NCBI GenBank assembly: GCA_044220955.1
Contig: JBGAQA010000109.1
Location: 1 to 20,800 of the forward strand
DNA length: 20,800 nucleotides
DNA from: Sandaracinaceae bacterium
GTDB lineage: Bacteria; Myxococcota_A; Polyangia; Polyangiales; Sandaracinaceae
Reading direction: 5' to 3'
The position numbers and the translations under genes are program-made. Of this stretch, positions 16,757 to 20,800 are shown piece after piece. The first letter of the stretch is position 1. The number at the start of each line of letters is the position of its first letter. Below the pieces are notes generated by a model. The model had not been told where the DNA came from, did no database searches, and saw nothing but the letters and a program-made list of their open reading frames with translations.

Positions 16757-17665
16757 TCAGGACGCCACGAGCCGCCCCGAAGGGTGCAGGATGACACCTC
16801 GATCGGCTTCGCGCACCACCGTCTGGGGCCAGACGACGACGCGCTCGAGGACGACGCCGGGGGCGATCCGAGCGCCCGCGCCGACGGCCGTCTGCTCGAG
16901 GACGGCCCCCCGGCCCACGTCGGCGGACGGATGGACCCAGCGCGGGCCGGGCGTCACCCCGACCCAGGGAACGGCGCCCGTGAGCAGGTCGACGTGCGCT
17001 TGGAGGTAGTCGCCCGGCGTGCCGAGGTCGCGAAACGCCGCGGAGTCGAGGATCGCGTGGACGTGCTCGCCGCGATCGAGCCACCGTCGATAGCCCTGCC
17101 GGACCAGGCAGCCAGACGCCGGCAGGTCGAGCACCGCGCGCCCGGAGAGGATCGACATCCCGGTGAACATCGTCCGTGTGAGCGTGTCCTCGCGCCCGTC
17201 GGGGACCCCGAGGATCCGCCGGACCCGCCCGTGCGCGTCCACGTCGATCGGGCCGAGGCGGTCCGCACGCGGGTCACGGCGCACCACCATCGTCGCGTAC
17301 GCGCCCGCGCGCACGTGCGCCGCGAGCGCCGCGGCGAGGTCGACCGCGAACAGGACGTCCGCGTTCGAGACCACGAACGCCTCGTCTCGATGGATCGGCT
17401 CGCCGTCGCGCTCACGCGCCTGGCCGAGCAGGATCGGCTCCACGGCCACGCACGCGTGTGGCAGGCGCTCGCAGACGACCCGCTCCACGTCGAGCGGGAG
17501 GTGGTGCGCGTTGGCGGCGAGCGACGTCACTCCCGCCGCGAGCAGGCGATCGATCGCGTAGTGCCCGAGGGGCCTGTCGAGCAGCGGCACCGCAGGCTTC
17601 GGCAGCTGGTCCGTCAGCGGCCGCAGGCGCGTCCCGAGCCCCGCGGCGAGCAGCATCGCGCGCAT
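16757..17665 (-). CDS. Sugar-phosphate nucleotidyltransferase (NTP_transferase; MurU/mannose-1-P guanylyltransferase-like) with a short hexapeptide-repeat tail
   Basis: MRAMLLAAGLGTRLRPLTDQLPKP signature, FRDLGTP, VHPSADVGRGAVLEQTAVGAGARI. Confidence 0.88.
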   Translation of the reverse strand: MRAMLLAAGLGTRLRPLTDQLPKPAVPLLDRPLGHYAIDRLLAAGVTSLAANAHHLPLDVERVVCERLPHACVAVEPILLGQARERDGEPIHRDEAFVVSNADVLFAVDLAAALAAHVRAGAYATMVVRRDPRADRLGPIDVDAHGRVRRILGVPDGREDTLTRTMFTGMSILSGRAVLDLPASGCLVRQGYRRWLDRGEHVHAILDSAAFRDLGTPGDYLQAHVDLLTGAVPWVGVTPGPRWVHPSADVGRGAVLEQTAVGAGARIAPGVVLERVVVWPQTVVREADRGVILHPSGRLVAS

Positions 17666-17728
17666 GGGTCGGGCCTAGCACGCGCGCGCGTTGCGGAGCA
17701 GGGACGGCGCGGTAAGTAGGGCCCGCCC

Positions 17729-18703
<975 letters not shown>

Positions 18704-18737
18704 TCGCGGACGTGGCGAGCGAGAAGGAGTGAGGGCG

Positions 18738-20048
18738 ATGAAGGTCTGCATGGTCGGCACCGGATACGTTGGCCTCGTGAGCGGGGCGGGCTTCGCCGAG
18801 ACCGGCACGTCCACGATCTGCGCCGACATCGACCGGACCAAGATCGAGAAGCTCGAGCGCGGGCAGATCCCGATCTTCGAGCCCGGGCTCGACGCGCTGG
18901 TCGCGCGGAACGTGGCGGCCGGGCGGCTCTCGTTCTCGACGGATGTCCCGGCCGCCATCGCCGCGGCCGACATCGTCTTCGTCGCGGTGGGCACGCCGAT
19001 GTCGCCGAACGGCGCAGCCGACCTGCAGTACGTGGACCGGGTCGCCGAGACGGTGCGCGACCACGCGAGCAAGGAGTGCGTCCTCGTGCTCAAGAGCACC
19101 GTGCCGGTCGGCACGAACGCGCGCGTGACGAAGATCGTGGCGGGCGCCAAGCACCGGATCCACGTCGTCTCCAACCCCGAATTCCTCAAGGAGGGCGACG
19201 CCATCAGCGACTTCCTCCGGCCGGACCGCATCGTGATCGGCGTCCCGCTCGGCGACGCGTTCGCGAAGGACCGGATGGCGCGCCTCTACCACCCGCTCTG
19301 CCTCGACGTGGACCGCGTGGTCTGGATGGACCCGCCGAGCGCCGAGCTCACGAAGTACGTGGCGAACACGATGCTGGCGATGCGCATCTCGTTCATGAAC
19401 GAGATCGCCGGTCTCTGCGACGCCGTCGGCGCGGACGTGCACCACGTGCGGCACGGCGTCGGCAGCGACGCGCGCATCGGCAGCAAGTTCCTCTACGCCG
19501 GCCCCGGCTACGGCGGCTCGTGCTTCCCGAAGGACGTCTCGGCGCTCGTGCACACGGCCCGCGAGCACGGCGTGGAGCTCGCGCTCGCCGCCGACACCGA
19601 CGCGGTGAACAAGAAGCAGAAGACGGTCCTGTTCCGGAAGCTGTCGAAGCACTTCGACGGATCGCTCGCGGGCAAGCGCGTCGCGGTGTGGGGCATCGCC
19701 TTCAAGCCGCGCACGGACGACCTGCGCGAGTCGCCCGCGCTCACGCTCATCGACGCGCTGCTCGAAGCGGGCGCGCACGTCGCGGCGCACGATCCGGAGG
19801 CGACCGCGAACGCGATGGAGATCTACGGCGACAAGGTCCGCTTCGTGGAGGACCCGTACGACGCCGCCAAGGGCGCCGAAGCGCTCGTGCTCGTCACCGA
19901 GTGGCGGCCCTACCAGAACCCGGATTTCGAGCGGCTGCGCACGCTGATGACGCGGCCCGTGCTGATCGACGGGCGCAACATCTGGGCGGGGTACGGGCTG
20001 CGCAAGCAGGGGTTCACGTACGAGGGGATCGGCGTGCAGGGGAGCTGA
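18738..20048 (+). CDS. ugd: UDP-glucose 6-dehydrogenase
   Basis: GTGYVGL, KSTVPVGT, SNPEFLKEG, AELTKYVAN, GYGGSCFPKD, AFKPRTDDLRESP; AGGAG RBS. Confidence 0.95.
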   Translation: MKVCMVGTGYVGLVSGAGFAETGTSTICADIDRTKIEKLERGQIPIFEPGLDALVARNVAAGRLSFSTDVPAAIAAADIVFVAVGTPMSPNGAADLQYVDRVAETVRDHASKECVLVLKSTVPVGTNARVTKIVAGAKHRIHVVSNPEFLKEGDAISDFLRPDRIVIGVPLGDAFAKDRMARLYHPLCLDVDRVVWMDPPSAELTKYVANTMLAMRISFMNEIAGLCDAVGADVHHVRHGVGSDARIGSKFLYAGPGYGGSCFPKDVSALVHTAREHGVELALAADTDAVNKKQKTVLFRKLSKHFDGSLAGKRVAVWGIAFKPRTDDLRESPALTLIDALLEAGAHVAAHDPEATANAMEIYGDKVRFVEDPYDAAKGAEALVLVTEWRPYQNPDFERLRTLMTRPVLIDGRNIWAGYGLRKQGFTYEGIGVQGS

Positions 20049-20052
20049 GGGG

Positions 20053-20130
20053 TCGCTCTCGACCTCGCTCTCGACCTCGCCCTCGCCCTCGCCCTCGCCC
20101 TCGCCCTCGCCCTCGCTCTCGCCCTCGCTC
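20053..20130. repeat. Degenerate intergenic hexamer tandem array, 13 units
   Basis: TCGCCC x7, TCGCTC x4 and TCGACC x2 in unbroken register, starting 4 nt after the ugd stop. Confidence 0.95.
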
Positions 20131-20135
20131 GGCTC

Positions 20136-20152
20136 TCCGGCCTTCGGCCGGA
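20136..20152. terminator. Small GC hairpin after the repeat
   Basis: TCCGGCC-TTC-GGCCGGA; no U-tract. Confidence 0.4.
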
Positions 20153-20184
20153 CTCGCCGCTTGGATGAGGACGAGAAATACGGT

Positions 20185-20381
20185 TGCCCGCTCGGGGTCG
20201 GGGAACGGTGCCGTCGTGCTCGCAGCCGTCAACCCCGAGCGCGTGCTCGCCATTCTCGCCGGAGCTCAGGAGGACGGGGAAGAACGTCTGGCTGCGGCTC
20301 CGAGTGGCTCCGCTCGCGGCGCTTCGCGCGGGTTGACGGCTGCTCCGCGCGACGGGGGTGGGCGAGTGCCCCGAGCGGGCA
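20185..20381 (+). other. ~197-nt rod-like fold-back element (candidate structured ncRNA or ssDNA promoter)
   Basis: Nested stems: 20185-20197/20369-20381 (13 bp perfect); 13x13 bubble; 20211-20219/20347-20355 (9 bp, one G-U); 20222-20235/20330-20343 (14 bp perfect); 20249-20254/20303-20308; 20260-20265/20297-20302; 20272-20276/20285-20289. Confidence 0.7.
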
Positions 20382-20397
20382 GAACGGAGAGCGGAAC

Positions 20398-20712
20398 ATG
20401 GCCTTGAACGTCTACAGAGATGCACTCCAGCTGGTTCGCGAGATGCGCGAGAACGTCACGAAGATCGCGCAGCACGACGCCGACCTCGGCAAGCAGCTCC
20501 GCCGGGCGCTGACGAGCATCCCGCTGAACATCGCGGAAGGAGAGTGGCAGCGAAACGGGAACGCCCGCGCGCGCTTCGGCACGGCGATGGGGAGCGCGAA
20601 CGAGGTACGCGCGATCCTCGAGACCGCAGACGCGATGGGCTACGTCGTGTCGGACGCGGGGCAGGTCGACGCGCTGGATCGGATCGCGCGGACCCTGCAC
20701 AAGCTCGTGTAG
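20398..20712 (+). CDS. Four-helix-bundle protein (23S rRNA IVP / bAvd-like family)
   Basis: LNVYRDAL...DLGKQLRRALTSIPLNIAEG...FGTAMGSANEVRAIL...GY signature; GGAGAG RBS before ATG 20398; 104 aa. Confidence 0.92.
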   Translation: MALNVYRDALQLVREMRENVTKIAQHDADLGKQLRRALTSIPLNIAEGEWQRNGNARARFGTAMGSANEVRAILETADAMGYVVSDAGQVDALDRIARTLHKLV

Positions 20713-20718
20713 GGCGGT

Positions 20719-20750
20719 CCGAGGCCCGCGGTTCGGGCCGCGGGCCTCGG
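20719..20750. terminator. 13-bp perfect hairpin between convergent genes (bidirectional terminator or REP-like)
   Basis: CCGAGGCCCGCGG (20719-20731), loop TTCGGG, CCGCGGGCCTCGG (20738-20750). Confidence 0.75.
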
Positions 20751-20757
20751 CGATCTC

Positions 20758-20800
20758 TCAGCGCGTCAGCTTCACCAGCACCCCGATGACGTGGTCGAGC
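20758..20800 (-). CDS. 3' end of a probable second four-helix-bundle protein (partial, runs off the window)
   Basis: The minus strand reads LDHVIGVLVKLTR-stop, which aligns with LDRIARTLHKLV-stop of the plus-strand gene. Only 13 codons are visible. Confidence 0.55.
   Translation of the reverse strand, partial: LDHVIGVLVKLTR

Noticed and set aside
20053..20130. CRISPR array
   Set aside because: Contiguous hexamers with no unique spacers, and no cas genes.
20260..20300. SRP (4.5S) RNA, prompted by TCAGG...GGAAG and ftsY in the window
   Set aside because: The conserved helix-8 pattern (CAGG-stem-GNRA-stem-AGCAG) is not present.
20185..20381. Confident call as canonical 6S RNA (ssrS)
   Set aside because: Size and bubble fit, but the bubble is close to the end, the usual zapA/ygfA context is absent and I recognise no 6S sequence motif. 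Kept only as a hypothesis.
20161..20397. N-terminal extension of the four-helix-bundle ORF
   Set aside because: The family domain starts at MALNVY with a good RBS, and the extension runs through the fold-back and is not protein-like.
20185..20712. Diversity-generating retroelement or 23S rRNA intervening sequence
   Set aside because: No reverse transcriptase, no TR/VR pair differing at adenines and no rRNA sequence in the window. Sequence beyond the right edge cannot be excluded.

Overview
This is a very GC-rich chromosomal window. Its gene content (a tandem pair of myxobacterial-type outer-membrane beta-barrels, Cys-rich/DAG-repeat lipoproteins, a multi-receiver protein) points to a myxobacterium, probably Polyangia; this is an inference. 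Gene order: truncated gmhA-like fragment joined out of frame to a carboxypeptidase-regulatory-like ORF; ftsY; two GltA/GltB-like beta-barrels; lamin-tail lipoprotein; degenerate GGDEF protein; then on the minus strand holB, a TetR regulator, a small Cys-rich lipoprotein, a Thr-type sulfatase-like lipoprotein, an Hpt/REC/REC membrane protein, an IgGFc-binding lipoprotein and a nucleotidyltransferase; then uxs and ugd on the plus strand. The most unusual part is the last 750 bp. It holds a 13-unit hexamer repeat, then a ~197-nt rod-like fold-back with a symmetric 13x13-nt bubble starting exactly 17 nt after a base-paired TTGACG (open-promoter geometry, as in ssDNA promoters or 6S-like mimics). 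Next come a four-helix-bundle (Avd/IVP family) gene, a 13-bp hairpin, and the 3' end of what looks like a second, convergent four-helix-bundle gene. All calls come from motif recognition and manual base-pairing; no searches were run.
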